From contig OZ243041.1 in assembly GCA_965212055.1 (NCBI GenBank), forward strand, positions 128,001 to 192,000: DNA of 64,000 nt, given 5' to 3'. Both the position numbers and the translations under genes were made by a program. The stretch comes from Fidelibacterota bacterium (lineage in GTDB: Bacteria; Fidelibacterota; Marinisomatia; Marinisomatales; Marinisomataceae). The notes below the pieces were generated by a model. That model had not been told where the DNA came from and made no database searches. It was given only the letters and a program-made list of their open reading frames with translations. Positions 38,785 through 48,343 of this stretch are shown here, one piece after another. Within the stretch, counting starts at the first letter, position 1. Each line of letters opens with the position of its first letter.

Positions 38785-39552
38785 ATGAAAATAGCTGTAT
38801 TAACTAAAGCAATTCCAAGTTATGAATCGAGCATTCGAATTGATTCATCTGAAAGATGGATTGATGAATCAGTCGTCAATTTTGTCGTCAATGAAAGTGA
38901 TTCTTATGCTTTAGAAGAAGCTCTTCAAATCAAAGAACAATTAAATGATGATAGTGAAGTTGTAATAGTAATAATGGGGAGTGAATCCAATACATCAAAA
39001 GTATTAAAAGATGGTTTGGCAAAAGGAGCTGATAGAGGAATTTTTATTAAGAATGATATTTCTGAAACAGATCCCTTGTCTATTGCAAAGATCTTTTCTG
39101 AACATATTAAAGAAGAATCCTTTGATTTAATTCTATCAGGCCTTCAATCGGATGATTTAGGATCAGGACAAACAGGAGTATTGATTGGAGAATTGCTCAA
39201 CATGTCTACTGCGACTCTTGGGATTGAGACAAAAATGGAAGATGGAAAAATTAAAGTAAAACGTGAATTAGAGTCGGGATGGTTTCAATGGATTACTTTA
39301 CCATTTCCAGCCAGCATCTCTATTCAATCTGGAATTAATGAACCTAGGTATCCATCTTTAAAAGGGATTATGGGTGCGAAAAGAAAAGAAGTCAAGTCTC
39401 TTGATGCAAGATTAATAAATGATAGTAAGCAAAGATTTGTTCAATTATTTGTTCCAAAAACTGAGAAAGTTACTGAAAAAATTGAAGGCGATGTAGATAG
39501 TATTGTTTCAAGAATGGTCGATATATTAAAAAATACTTTAAAGGTTATCTGA
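38785..39552 (+). CDS. etfB: Electron transfer flavoprotein beta subunit
   Basis: YALEEAL, GADR, GLQSDD, INEPRYPSLKGIM. Confidence 0.95.
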   Translation: MKIAVLTKAIPSYESSIRIDSSERWIDESVVNFVVNESDSYALEEALQIKEQLNDDSEVVIVIMGSESNTSKVLKDGLAKGADRGIFIKNDISETDPLSIAKIFSEHIKEESFDLILSGLQSDDLGSGQTGVLIGELLNMSTATLGIETKMEDGKIKVKRELESGWFQWITLPFPASISIQSGINEPRYPSLKGIMGAKRKEVKSLDARLINDSKQRFVQLFVPKTEKVTEKIEGDVDSIVSRMVDILKNTLKVI

Positions 39553-40523
39553 TGATACTTGTTGTACTAGAAAATCAACGAGGTAATATCCATGCTTTTA
39601 GTCAAGAAGCAGTTGTTGCAGGACAACAATTATCTGAAAAACTCGGCCTAGATTTATCTATTTTGTGTTTAGGAGAAAATGCTAGCTCTTTAAAGGAACA
39701 AGCTGCTGGTTATAAAGCAACAAATTTAATTTTGGCTGAGCATGATTTAATTAATTCTTATTCTGCTGATGGTTATTCTAAAACTCTATCTCAAGTAATA
39801 TCTGAATTATCACCAAAATATGTTCTTATGGGTCATTCTTATATGGTGCGTGATTTTTTGCCTCGGGTAAGTGCAAAACTTAATATTCCATTTATTAGCG
39901 ATATTATTACAGTTGACTATGATAGTGATTCTCCAACTTTTTCGCGACAAGTTTTCAATGCAAAACTTGCTACAAAAGTGCAAGCAGATGCAGAGACAGT
40001 GCTTTTAAGTTTTCAATCTGCAGCATTCTCTTCTGATGATATTGAAAGTGGTGGATTAGACAATCAGTCAGATTTTTCAGTAACTCTTGATAGCAGTGAT
40101 ATCAAATCAGAAAGTGAAGCAGAATTTCAGGAGTCTGCTTCTGGTGTAGATTTAACCACTGCTGAATTAATTGTATCTGTTGGCAGAGGAATTGATAGTC
40201 AAGATAATTTGCCTCTAGTTGAATCTCTAGCATCATCTATGGGGGCAGAACTTGCTTCTTCAAGACCTGTAGTTGATATGGGTTGGCTACCTCCTTACAG
40301 ACAAATTGGAAGTTCTGGGCAAGCTGTTTCTCCAAAGCTATATCTTTCTGTTGGTATTTCAGGAGCAATTCAACATGTTGTTGGTATGAAAGGATCAAAG
40401 ACTATTATGGCAATTAACAAAGATGAAGAAGCGCCTATTTTTGAGATTGCTGATTATGCAGTCATTGGTGATTTAATGGAAATTGTTCCAAAACTAACTG
40501 AAGAAATCGAGAAAAATAAATGA
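39552..40523 (+). CDS. etfA: Electron transfer flavoprotein alpha subunit
   Basis: SVGRG, SRPVVD, QIGSSG, GISGAIQH. Confidence 0.95.
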   Translation: MILVVLENQRGNIHAFSQEAVVAGQQLSEKLGLDLSILCLGENASSLKEQAAGYKATNLILAEHDLINSYSADGYSKTLSQVISELSPKYVLMGHSYMVRDFLPRVSAKLNIPFISDIITVDYDSDSPTFSRQVFNAKLATKVQADAETVLLSFQSAAFSSDDIESGGLDNQSDFSVTLDSSDIKSESEAEFQESASGVDLTTAELIVSVGRGIDSQDNLPLVESLASSMGAELASSRPVVDMGWLPPYRQIGSSGQAVSPKLYLSVGISGAIQHVVGMKGSKTIMAINKDEEAPIFEIADYAVIGDLMEIVPKLTEEIEKNK

Positions 40524-41179
40524 CAACAAAAGGAAAATCAATGCATTGTAAAGAATGTGGTAACAAAGTTAATAAAACGGCTGCTGTGTGTATGGGTTGT
40601 GGTACAAATCCAAGGCTTGGAAATAATTTTTGTAGCGATTGTGGGACAAAAACAAACGATAAACAAATAGTATGTGTGCAATGTGGTGCTTCACTTAGTT
40701 TATCAGGAAGATTTAATGCTTTATCAACAAAGTATGCGGGATTCTGGAAAAGAGTTGCTGCATACTTTGTTGATTATATGGTCTTTACACCTATTCTCCT
40801 TATCTGTTTTGTACTATACGTGTATTTCTCTCCTTACACCTGGGATGAGATTATATATAGTTATTACTATAATCCATATATTGACTGGGCCTATTGGGTA
40901 TTTATGGCGGTTCTTCCAGGCATTGTTGGGATAGCCTATTTCTGCGGAATGGAATCATCTTCAAAACAAGGAACATTAGGGAAAATGGCATTAGGTATTC
41001 AAGTTGTTGATATGAACGACAATCGGATTTCTTTTGGAAGAGCATTTGGAAGATATTTCGGAAAACTTCTTTCAGGATGTCTGTGTTACATAGGTTTTAT
41101 TATGGTTGGTTTTACGCAGAAAAAACAAGGATTACATGACATATTAGCTGCGACTCAAGTTATCAATAGAAATCAGTAA
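40520..41179 (+). CDS. RDD-family membrane protein with N-terminal double zinc ribbon
   Basis: Four CxxCG motifs; AGFWKRVAAYFVD, TLGKMALG, QGLHD. Confidence 0.85.
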   Translation: MTTKGKSMHCKECGNKVNKTAAVCMGCGTNPRLGNNFCSDCGTKTNDKQIVCVQCGASLSLSGRFNALSTKYAGFWKRVAAYFVDYMVFTPILLICFVLYVYFSPYTWDEIIYSYYYNPYIDWAYWVFMAVLPGIVGIAYFCGMESSSKQGTLGKMALGIQVVDMNDNRISFGRAFGRYFGKLLSGCLCYIGFIMVGFTQKKQGLHDILAATQVINRNQ

Positions 41180-41199
41180 AAAATCTATTAAATTATCTT

Positions 41200-43059
41200 A
41201 TGATAGAATCAGATTTTCATAGTATTGAAAAAATAGCTTTAATAGTTTTTCTATTATCTGGTTTATCTTTTTTCTTTTATCACCTTCTTTTACGTTTAAG
41301 GATCGTTTTAAAGGGAAAGTTAGATTTTCGCATTGATAATTTACCAAAACGATTATTAAGAGTTTTTAATGAAGTTATTCTTCATAAAAAGGTAGTAAGT
41401 GGTAATCGAAAGTTTTCTGGATTAATGCATGCATTTGTCATGTATGGCTTTATATTTTTTGGATTAATAACGATTAATCATTTTTTAATGCCATTTGATA
41501 TTCCATTTCTTGGTGAATTTCGTGAGGATTATTTCAAATATTTCGGTGGACCATGGGCTGTTCTATGTTCATGTGGTATTCTTGGATTAGCCTATAGAAG
41601 ATTTGTTGTTAAGCCTAAGGCATTAGGAAAATTTTCCACCACTTCTGCCTTGGTTTCATTTTTTATTGTTACTTTAATGTTTACTTATCTTATTGATGAA
41701 TTTCATTTATTAAAGGATTCCCCTACAGCATGGAAAGCAAATTGGTGGATTCATTCTTCTGTTATTGGTGGATTTTTGTTTTTAATTCCTCAATCAAAAC
41801 ACATGCATTTAGTATTGTCACCATTTAATATTTTCCTTAGACCGTTTGAAGTTCCAGATCATCCAGCGATACCGATTGATTTAGAAGCATCAGAAGAAAA
41901 ATTAGATGAATTGTTATTAGATTTATCAAAATTAAGTAAAAACCAGGCATTAGATATCTTTACATGCGTAGAATGCGGTAGATGTACTGATGTATGTCCA
42001 GCAAATCGAGGTGGGGGGATTCTAGATCCAAAGTATCATTTTATTTTAGATTTAAAGAACCCTATGCTTGAATCAAATGATGTTAATGTTGTAGACAAGA
42101 TTAATGTAGAGGCTGGATGGGAATGTACAACATGTCAAGCTTGTACAGAAGTATGTCCAGTAGGGAATCATGTAGAAAAAGCGGATGAAATAAGAAGTTT
42201 TCAAGTGATGGTTGAAGGAGATGTTCCACAAGAGTATCAAAAATTACTTCGCAATCTACAAGAAACGGGTAATACAGAAGGTGCTTCATCCAGTACACTA
42301 CTTGAACAATTGCCTGAGTATACTCCAGATAAGGAACTTGTTTTATGGTTGGGTTGTTTTGCAAAGCATGCTATGGATCCTAATTTTGTTAAATCGGTTG
42401 AGAATTTTACCAAAATTCTTGATTCAGCTGGTATTACATATGGAGTTCTTAGCAATGAACAATGTTCAGGAGATCCAGCAAACAAATTAGGCGATAAACT
42501 CACCTATCAAATGTTGATGGATAATAATGTTGAAGAATTAAATAAAGTGAAAAAAGTTACAACTATGTGTCCTCACTGTGTTGTGAATTTGCAAAACGAA
42601 TATAGTAAATATCATGAGATTAAATATGAAGTTAAACATCATACTCAAGTTATTTCAGAATTATTAGACGAAGGGAAAATTAATATTAACCCTGGTAGCT
42701 TAGAAAAAGTTACTTATCATGATCCTTGTAATTTGTCTAGAACACTTGATGAAGTAGATGCGCCTAGAAATGCTATTAAAGCCGCAGCTCCAGAATTTTT
42801 TGAACTAGATGAGAGTGGAAAAGAAACATTATGTTGTGGAGCCGGTGGTGCACTTTGGTGGAAAAAAGATACCGGAGAAGGACGAACCCATCTTTTACGT
42901 GCTGAACAGGTAATCGAATCAAAAACTGATACCGTTGTTACAGGATGTAATTTTTGTTATGGAATGATGAATCAAGGGATCGATCCATTAACGCCAAAAG
43001 GACAAGATAAGATAAAAGTAAAAGATGTTGCAGATATTGTAGCAGAAAATTTATCCTAG
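41200..43059 (+). CDS. FadF/HdrD-like membrane Fe-S oxidoreductase (ETF:quinone oxidoreductase, EMO/EtfD type)
   Basis: TM N-domain with conserved His (MHAF, WIH, SKHMH), two CxxCxxCxxxCP motifs, two CCG domains. Confidence 0.85.
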   Translation: MIESDFHSIEKIALIVFLLSGLSFFFYHLLLRLRIVLKGKLDFRIDNLPKRLLRVFNEVILHKKVVSGNRKFSGLMHAFVMYGFIFFGLITINHFLMPFDIPFLGEFREDYFKYFGGPWAVLCSCGILGLAYRRFVVKPKALGKFSTTSALVSFFIVTLMFTYLIDEFHLLKDSPTAWKANWWIHSSVIGGFLFLIPQSKHMHLVLSPFNIFLRPFEVPDHPAIPIDLEASEEKLDELLLDLSKLSKNQALDIFTCVECGRCTDVCPANRGGGILDPKYHFILDLKNPMLESNDVNVVDKINVEAGWECTTCQACTEVCPVGNHVEKADEIRSFQVMVEGDVPQEYQKLLRNLQETGNTEGASSSTLLEQLPEYTPDKELVLWLGCFAKHAMDPNFVKSVENFTKILDSAGITYGVLSNEQCSGDPANKLGDKLTYQMLMDNNVEELNKVKKVTTMCPHCVVNLQNEYSKYHEIKYEVKHHTQVISELLDEGKININPGSLEKVTYHDPCNLSRTLDEVDAPRNAIKAAAPEFFELDESGKETLCCGAGGALWWKKDTGEGRTHLLRAEQVIESKTDTVVTGCNFCYGMMNQGIDPLTPKGQDKIKVKDVADIVAENLS

Positions 43060-43103
43060 TTTGGTATATAAACATTTTTTCCTTAAATTTTTAAATCAAT
43101 TTC

Positions 43104-43598
43104 ATGAATAATTTAGATTCATCAATTATAAACAATAAATGTCAGCTTTATGGGCTCGTTACTTTGCGAGTGCTCATTGGTTGGCATTTCTTATACGAAG
43201 GTATTTCAAAAATAATCAATCCATACTGGTCTTCAGCTGCTTATCTGTTGGATGCGAAATGGATTTTTTCAGGATTAGCCGAAACTATTGCATCTAATCC
43301 TACTTTATTGACAATATCAGATTCTGTGAATGAGTGGGGATTAACTTTAGTTGGTCTCTCCCTCCTTTTAGGTTTGTTTAGTCGTTATTCTGCTTTGGTG
43401 GGAATGGGATTTGTAATGTTATATTATCTTTTTGCACCTCCTTTGCTTGGGTTGGAATATTCTAGACCCGGAGAAGGAAGTTATATTATTGTAAATAAAA
43501 ATTTAATTGAAGCGTGTGCTCTGTGGGTATTATATGTATTTCCTACTGGTCATATAATTGGTTTGGATCGATTGTTAACCAAATTAAAATCAAATTAG
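43104..43598 (+). CDS. DoxX-family membrane protein
   Basis: LRVLIGWHFLYEG, VNKNLIE, GLD. Confidence 0.85.
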   Translation: MNNLDSSIINNKCQLYGLVTLRVLIGWHFLYEGISKIINPYWSSAAYLLDAKWIFSGLAETIASNPTLLTISDSVNEWGLTLVGLSLLLGLFSRYSALVGMGFVMLYYLFAPPLLGLEYSRPGEGSYIIVNKNLIEACALWVLYVFPTGHIIGLDRLLTKLKSN

Positions 43599-43610
43599 AG
43601 GAAATGTAGT

Positions 43611-45203
43611 ATGAGTGAAAATAAAAAACAGCAAAGTAATAATCTGGAACGTCGAGACTTATTAAAAGGACTTGCAACTGTACCAGTGTTTGGTCTGTTT
43701 CTTGCTGAGCTTTGGCGAAAAATAAGTAGGGATGCAGAAAAAAAATCAAATATTCTTTCTGGTTTGGTCCAAGACGATTCAGCACCAGCAATTATCAAAG
43801 GGCTTTCAGATAGTAAACATCTGAATATTGGTATTATTGGTTATGGAGGTCGAGGTGGACATTTGGTCCGTGGTGCAGGATTTGCGACTACAGGGTGGAC
43901 TGATACTGCAGCTAAAAACGCAAGAGAAAATAAATTAGACAAGCAATTTCAAACATTCATGGATCAAGAAGATTTAAATTGTTCACTAGTAGGAGTGTGT
44001 GATCTGTTTGATGTTCGTGCAGAACAAGGTCTAGATGCTTCTCAGAATGAAGTCCGACCTGGTGGTAAACCAAAAAAAACTGCTACAAGATATCGCCACT
44101 ATAAAGATCTTTTAGCTAATGATGATATTGATGCTGTCATTATTGCTACTCCAGATCATTGGCATTCCCGAATTACAATTGATGCTGCAAGAGCAGGAAA
44201 ACATGTTTATTGCGAAAAAGGTTTAACTAGAACATTTGATGAAACAATTGAAGTATACGATGTAGTTAAAGAAACTGGGATTACGTTTCAGCTTGGTCAT
44301 CAAAATAGACAAGTAGAAGCCAATGAGAAAGCAAGACAAATCGTTCAACAAGGGTTGTTAGGCAAAATAAATTTAGTAGAGTTAACTACAAACCGTAATT
44401 CTCCATGGGGAGCTTGGGTTTGGGGTATTCATCCTAAAGGCAATGCTCAAACAATTGATTGGGATACATTTCAAGAGCCAGCACCTAATAAAATACCATT
44501 TGGTGAAGAAGCATTGAAACGATTCTTCCGTTGGCGTTGTTGGTTTGATTATGGTACTGGTCTTTCGGGTGACTTATTGTCACATGATTTTGATGCTATA
44601 AATCAAATTATGGATTTGGGAATTCCAAAATATTCATCTTCAACAGGAGGAGTTTACTTTTACAAAGATGGACGTGATGTTCCAGATGTTTGGAATGCAA
44701 CTTTTGAATATCCAGATAAAGATTTAACTGTTCTTTATAGTGCATCACTTTCAAGTAATGAACCGCGTGGAAATCGAATTATGGGCCACGATGCCACTAT
44801 GCAGATGGGTGGTCAGAGCGGTGGTGGATCTGTGCATGGATTTATCGTAACAGCAGATCCTTATTCAACGCAATACAAAGACCGTCTTGAGCAAGGTATT
44901 ATCAATTCAAAATATCCAATTTATACCTATTCTCCTGGTTCAAAGCAAATTGATGGTGTAACGTCAGCAACTTCCAAATACTTTGCAAATAAGGGGCTTC
45001 TATATACTTATAGAGAAGGAAAACGAGTTGATGCAACTCATCTTCATATTAAAGACTGGCTAGATTCAATTAGAAGCGGAGGACAGCCTAGATGCAATAT
45101 TGAGGTAGCACTTCATGAAGGTGTTGCTTGTCATATGGCTACAGAATCATATTTGACTGGTCGAAGAATTGAATGGGATCCGGTCAATCGAAAATTGATT
45201 TAA
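43611..45203 (+). CDS. Gfo/Idh/MocA oxidoreductase with Tat-like signal
   Basis: RRDLLK; GYGGRG, IATPDHWH, CEKG. Confidence 0.9.
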   Translation: MSENKKQQSNNLERRDLLKGLATVPVFGLFLAELWRKISRDAEKKSNILSGLVQDDSAPAIIKGLSDSKHLNIGIIGYGGRGGHLVRGAGFATTGWTDTAAKNARENKLDKQFQTFMDQEDLNCSLVGVCDLFDVRAEQGLDASQNEVRPGGKPKKTATRYRHYKDLLANDDIDAVIIATPDHWHSRITIDAARAGKHVYCEKGLTRTFDETIEVYDVVKETGITFQLGHQNRQVEANEKARQIVQQGLLGKINLVELTTNRNSPWGAWVWGIHPKGNAQTIDWDTFQEPAPNKIPFGEEALKRFFRWRCWFDYGTGLSGDLLSHDFDAINQIMDLGIPKYSSSTGGVYFYKDGRDVPDVWNATFEYPDKDLTVLYSASLSSNEPRGNRIMGHDATMQMGGQSGGGSVHGFIVTADPYSTQYKDRLEQGIINSKYPIYTYSPGSKQIDGVTSATSKYFANKGLLYTYREGKRVDATHLHIKDWLDSIRSGGQPRCNIEVALHEGVACHMATESYLTGRRIEWDPVNRKLI

Positions 45204-45225
45204 TCAGCTATCTTAAGGTGAACAA

Positions 45226-46433
45226 ATGACAACAAATTTCCGTTTAGGAACAATGATGTTTCTTCAATTTTTTGTTTGGGGAGGCTGGTATGTTACTGTC
45301 GGAAATTTTATGGTAGCTGAAGGCATGAAAACCATTACACATTGGGCTTATTCAGTGAGTCCCCTTGCAGCTATTATATCACCATTTTTCTTGGTTTTGT
45401 TGCTGATCGTTATTTTAATGCCGAAAAAATATTAGGAGTACTGCATATTTTGAGTGGTTGTTTTTTGCTTTTAACTCCCTTTTTCACATCTAAACCTACG
45501 ATATTTATTCTAATGTTAGCTATGCACATGATTTGTTATATGCCGACTTTGGGACTTGCTAATTCTGTAGCCTTTCGCCATGTTGATAACCAGGAAAAAC
45601 AATTTCCCCTTATCCGTGTTTTTGGAACATTGGGTTGGATTGTTGTTGGTATTTTGGTCAGTGGGATTTTGCATGCAGATAAGACTGCTACTCCATTTTA
45701 TATTGCTGGGACTGCTGGAATATTTTTGGGTTTTTATAGTTTTAGTTTGCCTAAAACTCCTCCGCTATTAAGCAAAGATGCGCCTATTTCTTTTAGAGAT
45801 ATTATTGGTTTAAATGCTTTAAATAAACTGAAATCAAAATCATTTTTTGTATTTGCGTTATCCTCTTTTCTAATTTGTATTCCTTTAGCTGCATATTATA
45901 ATTTTGCACCTGTATTTGTTGAGTATATGAAAATTGCAGACCCGGCAGCTAAAATGACACTTGGACAAATGTCTGAAGTTCTTTTTATGTTAATCTTACC
46001 ATTATTATTTGCTCGGTATGGAATTAAATATATTCTATTAGGAGGAATGCTTGCTTGGGCTGTTCGATATGCTCTATTTGCAGTTTCTGCATCAACAGGA
46101 ACTATATCATTGGTTTACTTAGGCATAATCTTACATGGGATTTGCTATGATTTATTCTTTGTTGCAGGACAAATCTATGTTGATAAAAAATCAACAGCTG
46201 ATATAAGAAGTCAAGCACAAGGATTCCTAGTTTTAATCACTTATGGATTAGGTATGTTTATTGGAGCGCAAGTTGCTGGTTATATTTATAATTTATTATT
46301 AAAGGACCAAACAGTATTGTCTGTTCAAAGCTGGCAACAGTTTTGGTTGGTTTTTGCTGTTATGACCACTGTAGTGATTGTATATTTCTTTATTGGATTT
46401 AAAGATAAGTTGAATTCTAAAGAGCAATTATAA
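45226..46433 (+). CDS. MFS transporter (nucleoside:H+ symporter NupG/XapB-like), frameshifted at the T5 run 45385-45389
   Basis: MMFLQFFVWG N-terminus in one frame; GFVADRYF, IRVFGTLGW, GQMSE, HGICYD in another; one added T restores ISPFFLGFVADR. Confidence 0.85.
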
Positions 46434-46434
46434 A

Positions 46435-47685
46435 ATGGGAAAAAATAGATTAGGTATTGGATTTATTGGAGGAGGCTTTATTACTCGCTTTCATATTCAA
46501 TCTCTGGTTGGGGTACGAGATGCAGATGTAGTAGGTGTCATGTCTCGTACAAAAGCATCTGCTGAAGAATCAGCTACTCTGGCGCGGACCATTGGTGTAG
46601 GCAGTGATGCGAAAGCTTATGATTCCATTACTGATATGATTGCTGATCCTAATATCCATGCTTTGTGGGTATGTTCTCCAAATTTTGCAAGAGTTGAAAC
46701 ATTTGAAGAAATTGCCAATGCTATTTCATCTGGAAAAGGTGAACTACTCGGAGTGACCTGTGAAAAACCTTTAGGCAGAAATGTAGAAGAAGCAAAAAAA
46801 GTTTTAGAACTGACCCAAAGTGTAAATCTCCTAGATGGATATCTAGAAAATCAGATTTTTGCTCCTTCCATTACGCGAGGGAAAGAGATTGTTTGGGCTA
46901 GAGGTGCAGCAACCACTGGTCGACCTTACTTAGCACGTGCAGCTGAAGAGCATAGTGGTCCCCATATGCCATGGTTTTGGGAAGGATCATTACAAGGTGG
47001 TGGTGTTTTAAATGATATGATGTGCCATTCTGTTGAAGAAGCACGTTTTATGTTAACAGAGCCAGGAAAACCTCGTGATTCTATCACTCCAATCAGTATT
47101 AGTGCGCATACAGATTGTCTAAAATGGCAACGTCCTGAATATGTAAAAATCTTATCTGATAATAGTAATGGGAAAACTGACTATTCAAAACGTCCATCAG
47201 AAGATTTTGCCCGCTCCTTAATTGAATATCTAGATGAAGATAATAATAAATTAATTGTTGAAACTACCACATCCTGGTGTTTTGTAGGTGAAGGGTTGCG
47301 TCTCAGCATGGAACTATTTGGACCAGAATATTCTATGTTTGTTAATACATTGGATCCAGATTTAAAAGTATTTTTTAGTCGAAAGGTGACTGGTTCAGAA
47401 GGTGAAGATCTTGTTGAAAAACAAAATGCAGAATCTGGTGGAATGCCCGTGGTTAGTAACGAAGCAGAGGTCTATGGTTATACAGCTGAAAATAGACATA
47501 TGGTAGAATCCTTTATGAATGGTAAGCGCCCCGAAGAAAATTTTGACGATGGTTTAGAAGTGACTCGACTTCTTATGGCTGCTTATATGAGCGCAGAACA
47601 AGGAAAAACGATACAACTCCCCAATTCAGATATTGACACATTCACACCTGCTGTAGCACGAGGTGAATGGAACCCAAAAGGTTAG
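46435..47685 (+). CDS. Gfo/Idh/MocA oxidoreductase (cytoplasmic)
   Basis: GGGFI, CEKPL, GGGVLNDMMCH. Confidence 0.9.
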   Translation: MGKNRLGIGFIGGGFITRFHIQSLVGVRDADVVGVMSRTKASAEESATLARTIGVGSDAKAYDSITDMIADPNIHALWVCSPNFARVETFEEIANAISSGKGELLGVTCEKPLGRNVEEAKKVLELTQSVNLLDGYLENQIFAPSITRGKEIVWARGAATTGRPYLARAAEEHSGPHMPWFWEGSLQGGGVLNDMMCHSVEEARFMLTEPGKPRDSITPISISAHTDCLKWQRPEYVKILSDNSNGKTDYSKRPSEDFARSLIEYLDEDNNKLIVETTTSWCFVGEGLRLSMELFGPEYSMFVNTLDPDLKVFFSRKVTGSEGEDLVEKQNAESGGMPVVSNEAEVYGYTAENRHMVESFMNGKRPEENFDDGLEVTRLLMAAYMSAEQGKTIQLPNSDIDTFTPAVARGEWNPKG

Positions 47686-47688
47686 TCT

Positions 47689-48342
47689 GTGAAAAATCTT
47701 AGTATACTTTTAACAGCATTTATTATGGTTGGTTTTTCATCCAATTCAGAATGGACTGTTCTTTTTGATGGAAAAACTGTTAAAGGCCTCCGAGGATATA
47801 AACAATCGGGATTTCCTGATTCATGGGAAGTTGTTGATGGCACATTAAAAACTGTACCAGGCCATGGTGTAGATTTAATCAGTGAGGAAGTTTATAAAAA
47901 TTTTGAGTTAGAATTAGAATGGAAAGTACCCAAAGGAGGTAACAGCGGCATTTTTTATTTTGCAACTGAAGAAGGAAATTATATTTGGCAGTCAGCACCA
48001 GAAATGCAGGTAGTAGATGATGAAAAACATACAGATGGAAAAAATACACTAACTTCTGCTGGCGCACTGTATGCTTTGATTGCTCCATCTGTCAATGTTG
48101 TCAAGCCAGTTGGTGAGTTTAACCAGGTGCGAATCAAGGTAAAAAATAACTATGTGGAGCATTGGTTAAATGGAACAAAGATTGTCGAATATGTTTATGG
48201 TAGTGATATGATGTGGGATCTAGTGGCCAAAAGTAAATTCAATAAAATGCCTTTATTTGCGAAAGCATCCGAAGGCCATATTGGCCTCCAAGGAGATCAT
48301 GGATTGATATGGTATAGAAATATTCGCATTCGCAGGCTATAA
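47689..48342 (+). CDS. DUF1080 protein (3-keto-disaccharide hydrolase/lyase family), secreted
   Basis: LFDGK, GNSGIFY, EMQVVDD, GHIGLQGDH, YRNIRIRRL. Confidence 0.9.
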   Translation: MKNLSILLTAFIMVGFSSNSEWTVLFDGKTVKGLRGYKQSGFPDSWEVVDGTLKTVPGHGVDLISEEVYKNFELELEWKVPKGGNSGIFYFATEEGNYIWQSAPEMQVVDDEKHTDGKNTLTSAGALYALIAPSVNVVKPVGEFNQVRIKVKNNYVEHWLNGTKIVEYVYGSDMMWDLVAKSKFNKMPLFAKASEGHIGLQGDHGLIWYRNIRIRRL

Positions 48343-48343
48343 T

